Part shown: one piece after another, positions 38,076 through 52,122 of the stretch | Layout of the letters: each line of letters opens with the position of its first letter | Position numbering within the stretch: position 1 is the stretch's first letter | Assembly (NCBI GenBank): GCA_051362555.1 | Contig: CM120641.1 | Coordinates: forward strand, 34,354,401-34,418,400 | From: Lingula anatina | Lineage: Eukaryota; Animalia; Brachiopoda | Reading direction: 5' to 3' | Length of the DNA: 64,000 nucleotides | The notes under the pieces: generated by a model | The model's database searches: none | The model's input: the letters and a program-made list of their open reading frames with translations, nothing else | What the model was told of the DNA's origin: nothing | Made by a program: the position numbers and the translations under genes

Positions 38076-41000
38076 CCTCTCCTGATTCGACAGGTCCTCA
38101 TATGGGAAGCTCTAGTCATCTGTCTGTGATCCGTGGATGTTCTATAAGTTATGTGAAATGGAGGAGATACAGTGAAAGAGCTGGAACTTTAAAACTAAGA
38201 TACTCCTCTGATTAAAGCTGTGGATGATTGGGATGCTGAAGCTGTGCCTCTTTTTGTGTGACTGCCCATGGCAGTCTTCAATTTTTTTTCTATATTGAGA
38301 ATTAAATATTTTATCACTGCAATTAAGTCACATTAAATTTATTGGTTGAAGTCCTAGAAGGTATTTGTAATGAGCTTTTGTATATAGTCCTACTATGTAC
38401 AGTTTTCTCTGGAGTTGATGTACCTATTTGAAGTTATGACAAATGTTAAAACTTAAATCATTGAATAACCTTAAATGGATAGATATTTGGAATTGGTCAT
38501 CTATGATCTTCATATTTTTTATATTGTGCTCAAAGGCCTGTGGTGACATTTTTGGACAGTTAATAGAATTAGAACGTCTGCTCAGAAACTACAGTAACTC
38601 TGCTTATGCCAGTTGAGGAAACTTGTAGTCTTAGCAGTAAATACTTGGTGGATGTTGTTTGAGTTAGATAAGTTCTAAAAAAAGTGCTGAGGACACCAGG
38701 AAGATTTATTGTTTCTGTTATGACATACCAAAATCTCATATACTCTCCGCTTAGATTTAAGTTATTGTAAAGTCTAAGTTTCAGGTAGTGAAGAAATTAT
38801 TTCTTTGAGTTTATTGATTTAAAGACTTCAGTTTAAATGTCACATTGGGTTTAATGAACATTATTTTTTGTAGAGTTCAGAGACTCTAAGGAATAAAAAA
38901 AAAACAGCCACAGTCATGGTTATGGCTGTAGAAGATGCAATAAGGTCATAACTATGTCAACAATGGGCAGTTGTGTACATAATAAATATACAATAAGTGG
39001 TCATTTTAGCAACATGATAACAACTATCAGCAGGACTCTGATACATAGACTATTAGTATGTAAAGTATACATCATATAACCATTGAAATGCAGCTAGTTC
39101 CCTACTTCACCATGTTAACGGCATTGATTGATGTTATTGAAATTATATTCATCACGATCTGGATAAAACATGCACCATACTCATTGGTAGAAAACAATTC
39201 TACTGTGGCTTTAAATGAAATTCACAACATCCAATTTTAGGTAGGAGACAATTCAGCATGAAATGATGTAAAAAAAATATGGTTATTACTCAACTTTGAA
39301 ACTGCATATATTTCTGTATGCTACTTTTTGGTACTTTTATTTGTTTATCACAAGAACACTTTCTGGCATAAACCAAGCTCACTTTTTGGAAATTTGAAAT
39401 AATATTTCAGATATCACTTTTAAGGCCACATTTTCAAAAATACAAATAGTAAGATATGCTCGAATTTAATAATGACCTCCACATACTACCCACATTTCTA
39501 CTCAGTTTTTTTTTTTTTAAATTATTTCAGGGCAGACTATGGTCTTGAATCTCACTCCTACAATTAATGTTTTCTCATCTGGAAGGGTTTGTGCTTAAAG
39601 AAAGGTTGCACTTGTCATATTTGGTTTTTGTATGGACACTGCTGTGTCTGTACATCTGTCACTACCAACTGTTCGTTGTGTCCAATTTTGCCAGCCATGT
39701 GTCTTAAGTAGGCAGCAAAACTAGCAAAGCTGATAAATTTAAAGTTAAAGTTGATTAAAAGTATAGCTTTGTGTATACTGTAATTGTTAAGAAGTAGGTA
39801 CACCACATTTAATACCGCATAACATGGGTTAAAACATGATGTGATTTTGTTTTCAAATCAAAATTTTCTACCATCTGAAATTGATATTTTTCAAGTCATT
39901 GGGAAAATCACCAATGGTTGCTTTCCATCCAAAGTGTTAGTTAATAAATCTTAATATCATAATGTCAGTTGAATTGAAGGCCAGTGAAGTGTCATTGTTA
40001 CAAATTGTACAACAATCCAAACCTGGTGCATCTTTTGCATTGCACTGCAAGTCTTCATAATTGGCAGCTTCAGTTCTTTTTTCAGTGCAGTGTATTTAAA
40101 AGACGAAGGATCTTTTCCTTAGCAGCAATACCTGATCAAGTAAATGTATCGTAGATGCACTTCAAATTTTGGTCACATTATTATTCATTGTGAAGTTGTC
40201 TATAGTACTTAAGAAATCCAATTTATGATGTCGTTTTCCAATGATGGCTTCCTTCAAAGGCAATACTTTAGGATGACAAGGGATAAATATTCCTAGGATG
40301 TTTGGGAACAATATGCATCTTCTTTGTAATATTTATAATGTACTATTTTCATATATGGAAATATTTTGCAGTCGTGACTGTTTAAAAACTGCTGATCTCT
40401 TAATATGCTGTTGTCATTGTTTAATATGATATATAGATTTATATATCAACTGAAAGTTAGTGGTATGCTGAAGACATTTCTTCCGCCAGACATAGTTGTC
40501 AAAATTTTTTAACTTACTGATGTCAGTTTTACAAATTTGTAGATTTTTACTTGCAAGAAGTTAAAATGAAAATACCTGCCCTTTATATAGAGTAGCATTT
40601 CACTAAATAATATATATTTAAGTGCATGTTTTGTACATTTTAATTTCTAATGAAGGTATTATTTCTATTGCACACCTTTGCTGCTGGTAATACACGAGGG
40701 AATATTTAGCAAAGACTGTAAAAGTCACTTAAATACAGGATGGTTATTTTTTGTACAGACACCAACTGTAATAAAGGCAATTTTATTAAAACTAAAAAAT
40801 GAATTTTTTAAATATTTAACTAGGCGAGTCATTTACATTTTCCTAGTCTGTGGACAAGATTTTTCCCATAAATATCAGGTACATGTATGTTGAGGTGCAC
40901 TAATACAAACAACAACCAAGCATTGAAGCTGTAGCCTTTAAATAATCGTTCAATTGTAGAAATAAGTAGTATTTATTATTTATTAATATGTAAACATATC

Positions 41001-41832
41001 TTTTTCATGGAATATTATGCCCAAATTATGTAAAAGCCACATTATTTCTGATTTATGGAATACTTTATTTCAAAAGATATGCATTTCAATGATTTTGGCA
41101 CCACTGGAGAACAATTTGTTACAAACTTATTCCTAATGCTCCAGAAAATAATAGACAAATCTGCTCTTACTGGTAAAATACTTCGTCAATATCCCATCAA
41201 TCTACCATTGATCATAATGAAATCGTTCTTACAACTGGTAAAAAATATCCTTACACTGAATGTTGTATAATGAAAAGCAAAATTGATTTGCCTCTTTCCA
41301 GAAAAACTTAAACCCACAATGAAACCCAATCATATTCCAAATTTGCTTAATAGTCACAGCTGGATACCTGCCCAGTCTCCACACTACCTTATACCCATGA
41401 GGCTTAACACCATGATATTTAAAATGAAAATAAATTTCCATATTTTTGAATACAATATATCAACTATCAGCCCTTAATTGTGCTACAAATCATTAATTCA
41501 AAATGCTGAGGCTATTCCTCCCATGTGGTACTCCCTCTCTCACTCACACCCTTCACTTAACATTTTTCAAGTTTTCATATCCTGGTTTTGTTTAGAAGTA
41601 TTACTAGTCAAGAAGAGATAAAGCCACACTAGAAATTACAATATACTTATAACATCTGGTTTTGCAAACTTTTTGGGTAATATTGCATCAATTTCCACAA
41701 TCATCTTCTGAGAAATAGGAAGTATAGCATTCTTTTTTGTTGTTGTTGTTGTTGTTGTTCTTAAGGGGTCATCTACTAAACAATTTGTTAGAAGAGACAC
41801 AGTATGATGGTGTTGTAATGAGGTTTCCACTA

Positions 41833-44800
41833 TTATGTCCCAGTAGGAGAATTTACTATAAGACTCTCAGTTTGTTCTTGATCCAAATCGCGTAACCTGC
41901 AAACACAAGGGAATATTTAAATAAATAAAATAGAAAATTATAACACAAGTGAGCACAAAGGCAATTAATCATAAATAAACAAACAAACAGAAATCAATAT
42001 AATCAACATAAATTATACAGCTTGAATGATGCACCAACTCTAAAGTACAGACAGAAGCCATCTTCAATGCATGCGTCATCAAATTGTGTGCACGAAAATG
42101 GAACATTATTGCATTTTCAGCTGAGAACTTGTACAAAAACATCTTACATTTTTATAAATCAATTATTATTATTATTATTATTTTTGAATTTGAACCTACC
42201 TGACAGGTGGCCTTGCTTTTACTATACAATGAATGCATTTTTTAATAGCTAAAAGCACTGGGTCCCAGTTCTCATAATAAGAAAATAAAGTGACAGCAAA
42301 GAATGAGAGGAAGACTGGAAAAGTCCCAACATAGAATCTCCAGGTGTAGCTCTTTTCCTAAAAAGAAATTACATACAGTAAATCAGAGTCCAAAATTTGG
42401 ATAAAAAAAATGCTAACTGCTCTCTCACAAAAAGCTTTGTTTTTTTACAACATGAACAGATTTAATAACAACAGCATTGTATACAAAAACCAATGCTCAA
42501 AATATTGCATCTGACTTGGACTAGCATAAGGCATTTAGTGTGGAGGGGGGTTATAGACTCACCTGAAATATTATGTCTGCCAGCACTGTTAATGGAATTG
42601 TAAGGCTGAGAGATAATGTGGCTAGCAGTGATGAGGTTAAGAAACAGCCCCTGCAACATCAAGACAAAAACAATACAAATATTCAAGTTATACTATTAAA
42701 TATTCAGGCCTTCACTGTCACATGAGACCAGTTTTGTTAGGATTGACTGAAAATGTAGATGTCAGATAAAACTGCCCAAAATTAATTTATTATCTTTTAC
42801 ATTTAACATTTCAAGAGAAATTGTTTATAAAAACTGTTCTGGTTTTGTGAAAATTTGGGCAGATTTTTTATCATTTACGCAACATTTTTAAAAAAAACTT
42901 TTGACGTTAAATTTCAGGTTTGCCATATCTTTTTTTAAAAATCATTTATCCCATCCAGGGTGAGCTTACCATAACCAGAGCAGATCTGAGAGTACTGTTC
43001 CAATGAGTCCATTGACTAGTAGGAATAACCACTGCTCTTTGGTGGGCCATTGGAACACTTCTGCCTTGGAGTAGTGCAGGATGAAGAACCCAGGCCACAA
43101 CATGATGAAGTTAAATAGCCCAACAAATCCTGAAGTAAAAACATTAGTAAACTAAATGTTCAAAGAGATAGGGTGGACTTATCTTAACCAACTGATACGA
43201 CTCAAAAACACATTTTTAAACTAAATAAAAACGAGTAAATAAAACCCAACTAGAATAGTGTTCTAGAAAATGAGTTAATCAAAGTACATCTGTTACTTAC
43301 CAAAAAACAATGGCAGATCTACTTTATCTTCATTTTCTACTTTTCTTTTGAGCATCACAGTGTACACAGCATATAATATGGCACCACACAAAGCCCACAG
43401 TGCTCCTAGGGGAATTGTGCCTTCCATGGATTTATCTTCCCAACACACCAGAAGAACCCCTCCAATACTGAAATTAAATATTGGTATTAAAGGGATATAC
43501 TGATAGGGATTTATGCAGGAAAAGAAATTTATTGACAATTTAAATTTCCATTTCTAGTATGAAAACTGCTTTTAAAAATCAACTTGGATAACTGTGTAAG
43601 CAATTTTTTTTTCACAACTGGCATTCCAAATTATATTTTTAGTATTTGTAAGTTTAAATTTTTTCTTTCTAAAAAATCTTTTCTTTTATTTTGGGTATCA
43701 TAAATCCTTTACACAGCATGTAAATTATATAAATTTACTGTACCTCAATAATACTGCTGTTAATTTTGATAGTGAAAATCTATCAATACTAGAACTAGGG
43801 AATATGGCTGCCAGAACCAGAGTGAAGAGACATGACGTGGAAGACAGCACATTCACTATGCCTGCCTGGGTGTCACTAAGAGCTTCTTGGTATGCCAGGT
43901 TGCCAAAAAACCACTGCAAGTCAAAAGAATAATCACTTATTTTCTACATGTATTTCTACAAACCTGAAATTGTACGACTCATGACTTGACATAGTTTGCT
44001 GTATTGTATACTAGAATCATCATCAGAAGTGATATCTATTCTTAATTTGTTACATAACCAACCAACAGTTAGTGGTCTTCTTCAGCTATGCCGTTTTAGA
44101 CCAAAAAAAAAAAAAAAAACATGAATCCCTTTAAAGGCTTTAACCAAACACAAACATTTAATATACCAGCACAAGTGCATATATATATAAAACACCAGAA
44201 TGTGAATGTTACCTACCACAATACAGAAAATCAGGCTGAGTTTGACAACCTGTCTAATGGTGAGTCTGTTCAGTGCTCTCTGCCTGGCCTCTTCAGCACG
44301 TATGGATGCAGCATAGGACAGCCTGGCCAGTACTGCATCCTCTGCATGATGGTCTGTGAGGAATATGATGAGTATGTTGATTACAATAATAAGCACACTC
44401 AGAACAGCGGACTTAAAGATCGACTTGAATGCTTGCTGCATACTCCCTGCGGGGAATCAATTCCATGTCTAATCGAGATAAAGCGACAAGCTTTTAGGTG
44501 GGTTGCCAGTTTGCTGTTCTGAATGCTCCTAACCAAATGATCTTTTCAATGGGCAAAATTTATCAACTTTTCAGATGCATAATTTTATGAGCACAAAAAT
44601 TACATTCCTATGAAGCATTTGTGGCGCTTTTGCTGCATAGGATAGAACTATAGAGCAGCCTGATTTTTTTACTTAGGAGTGATCTAATTTTAAGAAAGAA
44701 TGGCTTTTTCATTCTTTTATTCATTATGTCTGTATATTGTCTGGAAATTATGTTAAGCCTGGTCAGCCTCAAAAAATCACAGTGCCTGTTTTATTGCTAT

Positions 44801-46874
44801 TAATGGATTCTACACAAAAATGCAGGAATCCAAAGAATGCACAAAAAAATTCAAAGGAAATCTCTTCTATAATTTCATAAAGGGGTCAAACTCGCCTTAT
44901 GTTACCCTCTTACCTGGCAACTGTCTAACTTCTGATATGCTGCTAAATCTGACAGACCTTGAAACTAAAAAAACAAGATAGCACAGCTTATACAAACATA
45001 TCAGCAGGGATGACTTTATGTGCTAATGTGAATCGACAGATCTTTAGATGTAATAAGTTTCAGTGCAGTGCGAACACTGGCTGGTGGTGGGTCAAATGAA
45101 AAGCACATAGATTTCTACGCTTTTATACAATAACTTTATCAATTGAGAAATGATTTATGTATTAAAAGGAGACAAACACTACCTTTTCTTATGGCCGTTA
45201 AGCATTGTTTGCAGATTAGACAAAAATCAGCCTAAAACTCTTAAAAATATGTGCAAAAGGTTGACTTTCAGCTTTTGTATAAATTAATTATAATATTCAT
45301 AATACAATCTTCATCCAAGTTAGTAGCAGCTTCATATGCTGTGAGTCTACACTCAGCCTTGCTCTACTTACTTGAGCCATCATCTGATTCAGTTCCACTA
45401 TGCCTGTCATTAATGGGTACATATTTGGGTTCACTCTGAAAATTAAAGTTGAGCACAAAAGCTGACATTAAATGTAAGAATTCTTAGAAACTTTTCTTAT
45501 TTATCTTTCATTTAGCCCATTTCATAATTTCATAATTTATCGCCAATGGGACTGGTATCTATATGAACTGTTGCTCTGAAGGTAATATGCCATTACCTGC
45601 CATTGAGTTTTAACACAATGTAGCATGCTGGCAAGAGAGATAAACCCACTTAAGTTAAGTGCTTGGTATGCCTATGACACTAATGAATTGCTGATGAATA
45701 ATATCAAATAGGGGCACCAGGAATTGCTATTTTTTTTCATCAAAACCAATGTAGTAATAAGGTGCAAAAAGGATTTTTTTTAACAGGCTACAGGCTATCC
45801 CATTTGTTTTATGTGTTAATATCAATAATCACTAATTTTTGTATCTTATGACTAAGTAGTAATTCAAATGTGCTTTACCAACTGGTCTTGTTCTGTGGTG
45901 TCTTCAGTTACTATACTGGATATCTGAAATAAGAATGTATAAGATATCAGTAGTGGCACCACAATAAGGCAATTTTTTCCGCTAATTAAAACAAATTTGG
46001 TTTTATCAATATAAGAAAATATGTAGCAGATCATGTGGATTAAAACTGTGACTTAGGCTGCACTTGCTAAGATTGAAGATAGCTTTTTCACATCTTAAAC
46101 CAAACTCTCACTTTGACATTAATGCACAAAAAATATTGTGCAAAACGGCAACTTGAAATCCAAATGTTTACATCCAAACCTATATGTGCTGTAAGCTCAA
46201 TATTATTCATTATCCTGTTTTAGGGAAAAAAGACGTTAGCTTCAGATCTACAAATACCCATTCATCCTAACCCTACCCCATTACTCCTTCTACACTGCTG
46301 TCGCCATGGTTTCCAAAAGATAAAACCAGACAAGTAGAGCATAAACATGGAATTCTTCACATAGGTACTGAAAAATGGCTTTCTGTAGTGTTCATTTCTA
46401 AACAGATACTGAAACAGAAAAGAAAGACAGATATCAAACCAAACAAATATGCTAAGCACATTTTACATTGTCTAAATAATTCTTTATAAGGTTTTCATGA
46501 TTGAACAAACATATTATGATATAAATAATTAAGTTCCATCTTGGATTTTAATACTAAAACCTTCTTAAGATCTTTTCCACTTGGTAACAACTCTTCTAAA
46601 GGAAAAGTTCGTTATTTCTATCCCTACCAATTCACAAATAGTGATAATAAGTTTGCCCTTTTCCTTGGATTTAGAGAAATAAAGAAGTTTTATTGACAAA
46701 AGAGGTGTCAGGAGTCAAATTTCTTTTCAGTGCTATGACTCAGTTTCTTTTCAGAAACCCAATACTTACCTCAGTGAGCTCTGAGGATGCAACCCAAATG
46801 ATATCAACCAGAAGTAAGATAATTGTACCAAAAAACAGGCGCTGTGATTTGGTGAGGCTGACAAGGCTTAACAT
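41833..46874 (-). CDS. SLC35F5: Solute carrier family 35 member F5 (DMT/EamA-type transporter), ~446 aa, 12 coding exons
   Basis: Exons 46874-46770, 46408-46277, 45923-45879, 45435-45372, 44964-44914, 44353-44217, 43913-43744, 43467-43301, 43129-42970, 42650-42563, 42357-42200, 41896-41833 (1341 nt, in frame). Motifs [96 protein letters not shown]. Confidence 0.93.
44399..44522. mobile_element. Small inverted-repeat-bounded, CpG-containing insertion (possible MITE) in an SLC35F5 intron
   Basis: TCAGAACAGCGGACT vs AGTTTGCTGTTCTGA (13/15 inverted match); TSD unclear. Confidence 0.4.
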
Positions 46875-47949
46875 AATTCTTTACTAGTTGAAGCAGTTTC
46901 CATTCGCTGCTGTAAAAAAAATAATAATTCTTTGTATTATTATTGGACATACATGATTTAGGAAAAAATTGGAGTGTGCTTGTCTGTCAAAGTGCATTTA
47001 TGCATATGAAATTTGTCTGACCAACAGTATAAACATCATTTGTAACAATATATGGGTTAAATTGAAATTATAATTAGTAACATTTCAAAACCAATGTTGG
47101 GTTGTATGAAAGCTGAATAACACTATACAACCCACCACTGTCAACTATTCTGTATTATACTCTAACTCAATACCAGGAAGAGGCGTGTTAATCTGTTAAA
47201 CTGATTGAATTCATCCAGAGTACCCAAGGAGTTAGATCAATTTATGTATACAGATAGTTTCAATGAGAATGAACCTTTAGGTCCTAACCAAAAGTTACAG
47301 TTTCATTCTATCTATGCTTCACTTTTAAATCTCTTTTTTTTTTAATCAAATTTTCCCCTTTCCAGGGTCAACCACAATTCTCGCCAGGTCAAGCCAGAAT
47401 CCTATCTAAGGTCTGCTTGAAAATGTCTGAGATTCAAAAATTGCTTTATAATTGTCTGTTTACACTGTTAAATATTTTGCTGAGGTTCAGAGAAAGTGGA
47501 AATGAAGTGTAGGAAAAAACTTGGAAGTTTAGATATTGGCATCTATCATCTATGGACACATATTTGGCAAATACACTAGTATAGCACTGATTATAATAAT
47601 AATAATATAAACAGGAATGCATGAATTAAGATCACTTTGTTTGAATTGTGATAAGGGCAGAAAACTCGGACTTTCAATGCGTGTTAAACATACACACAAA
47701 AAATATAATTTGATTTGAAGATATACTTAAAACTGTCTGTCAACCACAATAATTGTAAAGTGGTCTCTCTCTGCCTGCCTGTCTGTATATAAATTTATCT
47801 ATACACTTGTATTTTTCCAGAATTGGTGAAGGACATTAAGCGACTTATCAGTTTTCGTAATGCAGTTCACAGCTGATAATGCTCTGAATGATCCTGAATG
47901 TGGCTGAAGTGGCATAATCGAGCTGTGACACATATTTTTGCTTTGATAG

Positions 47950-48230
47950 TTATGAAAATAGAGGGTACCTGAAGACGAAAAACAAGCTAAATCGCAATCT
48001 AACCCTACCGTATTAAGATGCAGAACTGGATAACTAACGTATCAAATGCAATCTGCTATTACCTGATGCTAAATTCACTCAGGTCGGTTTGACGGTGTTA
48101 CTTCCCCTCTTCGCCATGTTTGTTGACATCTCGCAAAATCACGCTCCGAAACGTGATCGCATCAGCGGCTGGTATTCAATTTCAAATATTTTCTTATGAC
48201 CCTGCTTCCATACATAATTACAACCAGGTA
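47950..48230. promoter_or_regulatory. Bidirectional promoter region of SLC35F5 and HYLS1, with non-coding first exons
   Basis: CpG-rich patch between head-to-head genes; YY1-like CGCCATGTT at ~48112-48120; plus-strand donor CAG|GTAAGG after 48227 (HYLS1 UTR exon); minus-strand donor candidates near 48062 and 48008. Confidence 0.65.
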
Positions 48231-48342
48231 AGGGTGATTTGGATACCAAGTTTTAAAGAGCCTTGCGTTAGAGCAGAGCAAGTAGGACAGAATTTATATG
48301 TACTTTTATATATTCATATTGACATAATTGATGCTCCAGGTC

Positions 48343-51300
48343 ATGGACAGTGAATTTGGGAACTTGACTTTTAGTGACCAAGAGATACGCGAGCAGTTGG
48401 AAGCTTTGGGTTATCACAATGTACCACAATACCGACTGGAGGAATTTAGAAGAGGTAACTGTATATTTCAGGGCATTGAAGTGTAATAAATTTCACCAGC
48501 TTACTTTGCTTGTCAAAAACTTGAGATATTCATGGGACCAATTTCTTCATTCCACTTTGTACTCACAAGCAAAAAGTGAAAATTAGACAGAATGGTAGGA
48601 TTTTATATCCCCCTGACACCTCTTTAAATCCACCACTGACTGTCCAGCACTGATGGAGGCAATTGATCAAATACTAGTATACATAGCAGCACTTAATAAA
48701 TGGTCTTCCTAATTGAGACTGTTACAATATTGTTTTGTAAAATGTCATTTGTGGCATTGTCATTTCAGACTTGGAAGAACTGGTTCAACGTGAAAAAGTG
48801 AAAAGTAGCAGAGAGTCATCTGCCAGCTCTGGATCCCAATTGACCAATTCTTACCCAGGTAGATACTGTTATTTGTGGCAAAAGTTTACATGCATTTTAG
48901 TTATTCTGTCATTCTCAGCTGTCTCCTTGATGGGTTAATGAATCAAAACCATGTGAAATAACTCAAGAATACCCAACTTGTAGAATACCATAATGCAAAA
49001 AATATTACTGAATAGCATAAATACCAGTATGACAGTTTTATTAAATGTTCATACTTAACTCATTTAGATTTTTAAAATTTATATAATGGTAGACTGGTGT
49101 GGTATTCTTAAGTCATTTCATGCAGTTTTAGATCCTTCTACCAATCGAGGAGAAAATGAAGCATGTCTTGAAGGATGCTAGAGATTCACGTTTTCCACTT
49201 TTAGCAATCCTCTTCTGTTTCCTATTACTAGCTTTGACTAAATTCTGCATTTGGTAATGTTTAAGCCAGTCAAATCCTTGATTTCTAAATTTATCAGAAA
49301 AGTTGGTCTGTAGTTGATGGTATATTTCTTAGATAAATATATTTTCCCTCCAGATGACCAGACTTTGTATCGGAGAGGGCCACTTGAGGCGGTTAATGAT
49401 GCTGCCAAGTTAGAAGAAGCACATTCTGAACACAGCGTTCCTTTGGCAGTAAGTAGCTTTATAAATACATTTGATGTTGCTCTGGCTGCATCTCTTCATT
49501 AGGAATCATCTTTTGTCAAGAGTGATCCATGTGAGTCGTATGAAGAACTAAAAAGTAAAATGGTGAAGATGGTTTTATATAATAACTGAATAGGCGTAAC
49601 AATTAATTTCAATCAGCTTCAAATTTTACCTGCTACGACTGGTTCTGTTTACTAGCTATAATAACATTTGTACCTTTTATTTTATTATAGGGCAGCCATG
49701 CCAGGTATGGCAAAGAAAACCAGTATACAACCCATGTTCCATATGGTAGAAAGAGCTCAAAGGACATAGGCTCTGTTGAATACCACTCTAGATACCCCCA
49801 TGGTGTGGTAGGCAGCATGGGGGACCAGGTGTACGAGGGGCATCCTGAGGACAGTTTTATTTCAGATACTACAAGTGATTCAAGGAAAATGATAAAGAGA
49901 AAGGTATTGAGGTATGTATTGGCATCCAGAAGAAAAGAAATAATGTGAATTGTTCACAATAATATATAAATATATATGATTTCCAGATCAACTATGTTTT
50001 TAGATTTCTTTGGACCTGGTAAGCAAGTTTATTGGTTTCAATATTTAAATATGATTTTTTTTTCTTGGGGCATAACATAAGTTTTTCATCAAAGATCAAA
50101 TTGTGCACAGTAGGGTGGACCTCGGACAGTTAATGTTGAAGTAAACCAAAGGAAAAGTATCAGTTGTATAAACAGGCAGAAAATTGTGGATAGTTGGTTA
50201 GTGCTTAGTCAGCATGTTTTCTCACTTTCGGTATTATTTTCAGGAAACAAGATGGTCATTCAGTTATTGACGAGTCCTACACTGAAAGTGAAGCAGGTAG
50301 GGTGCTGAAATCCAAGAAGTTGAAAGGTTGAACAGACATCCATTCCAGTGAACTTATCTACTGGTAACTGATCTCCTGGTCAAATGGTCAAGTGCTTGCA
50401 AAATTACTGTACCCATTAATATTTGAATTACCACCATTATAACTTACCCAGGCGATGTCCTAATATATTTTGAAATCGGGTGTTATTCCTTAGGTGATTT
50501 ATCAGTATTGGAGGAGAGGTTAAGTCAACTCCCACTGTCAGACCCAGACACTGCCTCAGAGGATTTTACTGCACACAGGAGATACCCTCGCAGGCCTTAT
50601 TCTTCCAGAGACTTGGTAAGCTTAAACTGTGATATGTACATACGGTAAAAACTTGAAAATTTTAGTCACTTAAAAATTAATTCATATTTTAAATTGTGTA
50701 AATCCGATGTATATTCCCTGAATCTGCCAAAGGCTCTCTACTGTAAGGGTAGTAAGCTGAAGACAAGTACATTTTCTGTTGCTTGCATTTAGAGTAAGTT
50801 TCATTGTGGATATATGTAGCTGAGCATAGGTTCTTAGAACAGTATAGATTTCGAAATTTTTGGTAAATGATGGCCTGCTAACATATTTTATGTTTGACCT
50901 AGTTTTGACAGCCAAGGTGACCCAATCTCCTCAACTGCCAAAACTCTTTCTTGTGTGGATCAATCACTATTGCACATTTTCTAAGATAATTTGTCAATAA
51001 AAGAGTAAAAACTCTGGCTTCTGACACCTTTTTGTATTGGAAAATGTTTTCAGAAGAGAATACTTGTGAAATTGTTTTTGCATATGTATTTAGAAATGCT
51101 ACCATGTGCCGAAGCATTGAAAAAATCTATTTTACATATTCCAGTATTCCCGGATGTCAAACGACGATCCTTATCAAAAGTCAGGTATGGTTATTGTTTT
51201 GCTATTTTATTCTTTCATAATAAAATTTCGATTGGTGGCCATCATTTGATTTACATATCCCATGTTGAAAATATTTGGATATTGCAGTGTCTTGTATTAC

Positions 51301-52122
51301 AGAACAGGGAAAGTGTACTTTTGCATAAAGGGAAATTAAAGTTTGATCAAAATCTGTTCATGATCCAACAATTGCACCCTTTGCTTTTAAGTATGATATG
51401 AGAAAGGTGTATTTCCTACACTTTTAGATGGATGCAACTTCTCACATTAAATTTATTGAAAAGATATCTTGATTTTCCTAGTCATTTGGCCCTCGGAGGC
51501 TAACCCTCATACAAAAGACCTGCGTAAGTGCGACCCAGTAAAGCGGTACCACCAGTTCAAACAGGCCTGGCAGCAGCAGAAAGCGCCAGGGGAAAAGAAA
51601 CACAAAGGCCTTAGGTGGGATGTTAGGGAACAGATGCTGTATCACGATGAGGTGGTCAAGGTAAAGCTTGTCTAATCTTTGAGAATGATGATATCATTCT
51701 GACATTAGTGTTATATTAGAAATTGAAAGTTTGTTTTTGCAATTATGACAACAGCCATAGTAACAAGAACAGATGGCATGTCAGTATTTGTTTGTGATAT
51801 GTGCCTAATGAGATCAGTCATTTGTAAATTAATTTGATGAAAATTCTTTAAAGTATAATTTTAGTGAATACTCATTATACAATTGTACATGTAGGAGTGT
51901 ACACAAGTGCGTATTGATGTAATAGAAGTTGTAATACCAATCAGTAACAATGCTGTGTTTTTGACAATTTGGTGCATATTTTGAGTTTCTTTATTTTAGA
52001 AACCTCAAAGAGTGTTTGTCCCAAATACCTACAAAGTACCAACAGACAAAAGGCGCAAAGCTCTGCGATGGCAAATCAGGACAGACATGGCCCAGGGAGT
52101 GATGCCTTCAACAGGATATTGA
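48343..52122 (+). CDS. HYLS1: Hydrolethalus syndrome protein 1 homolog (centriole/cilium), ~344 aa, 9 coding exons
   Basis: Exons 48343-48454, 48769-48858, 49354-49448, 49691-49911, 50244-50296, 50494-50615, 51145-51184, 51482-51660, 52000-52122 (1035 nt, in frame). Motifs [12 protein letters not shown]...DES and the HYLS1 C-terminal box [15 protein letters not shown]...[18 protein letters not shown]...[27 protein letters not shown]. Internal low-complexity exons are less certain. Confidence 0.9.

Noticed and set aside
44121-44522. 133-aa plus-strand ORF
   Set aside because: Antisense to an SLC35F5 exon plus intronic repeat sequence.
49132-49192. Possible extra HYLS1 exon after TTTTAG
   Set aside because: It reaches an in-frame TAG with no phase-compatible GT donor.
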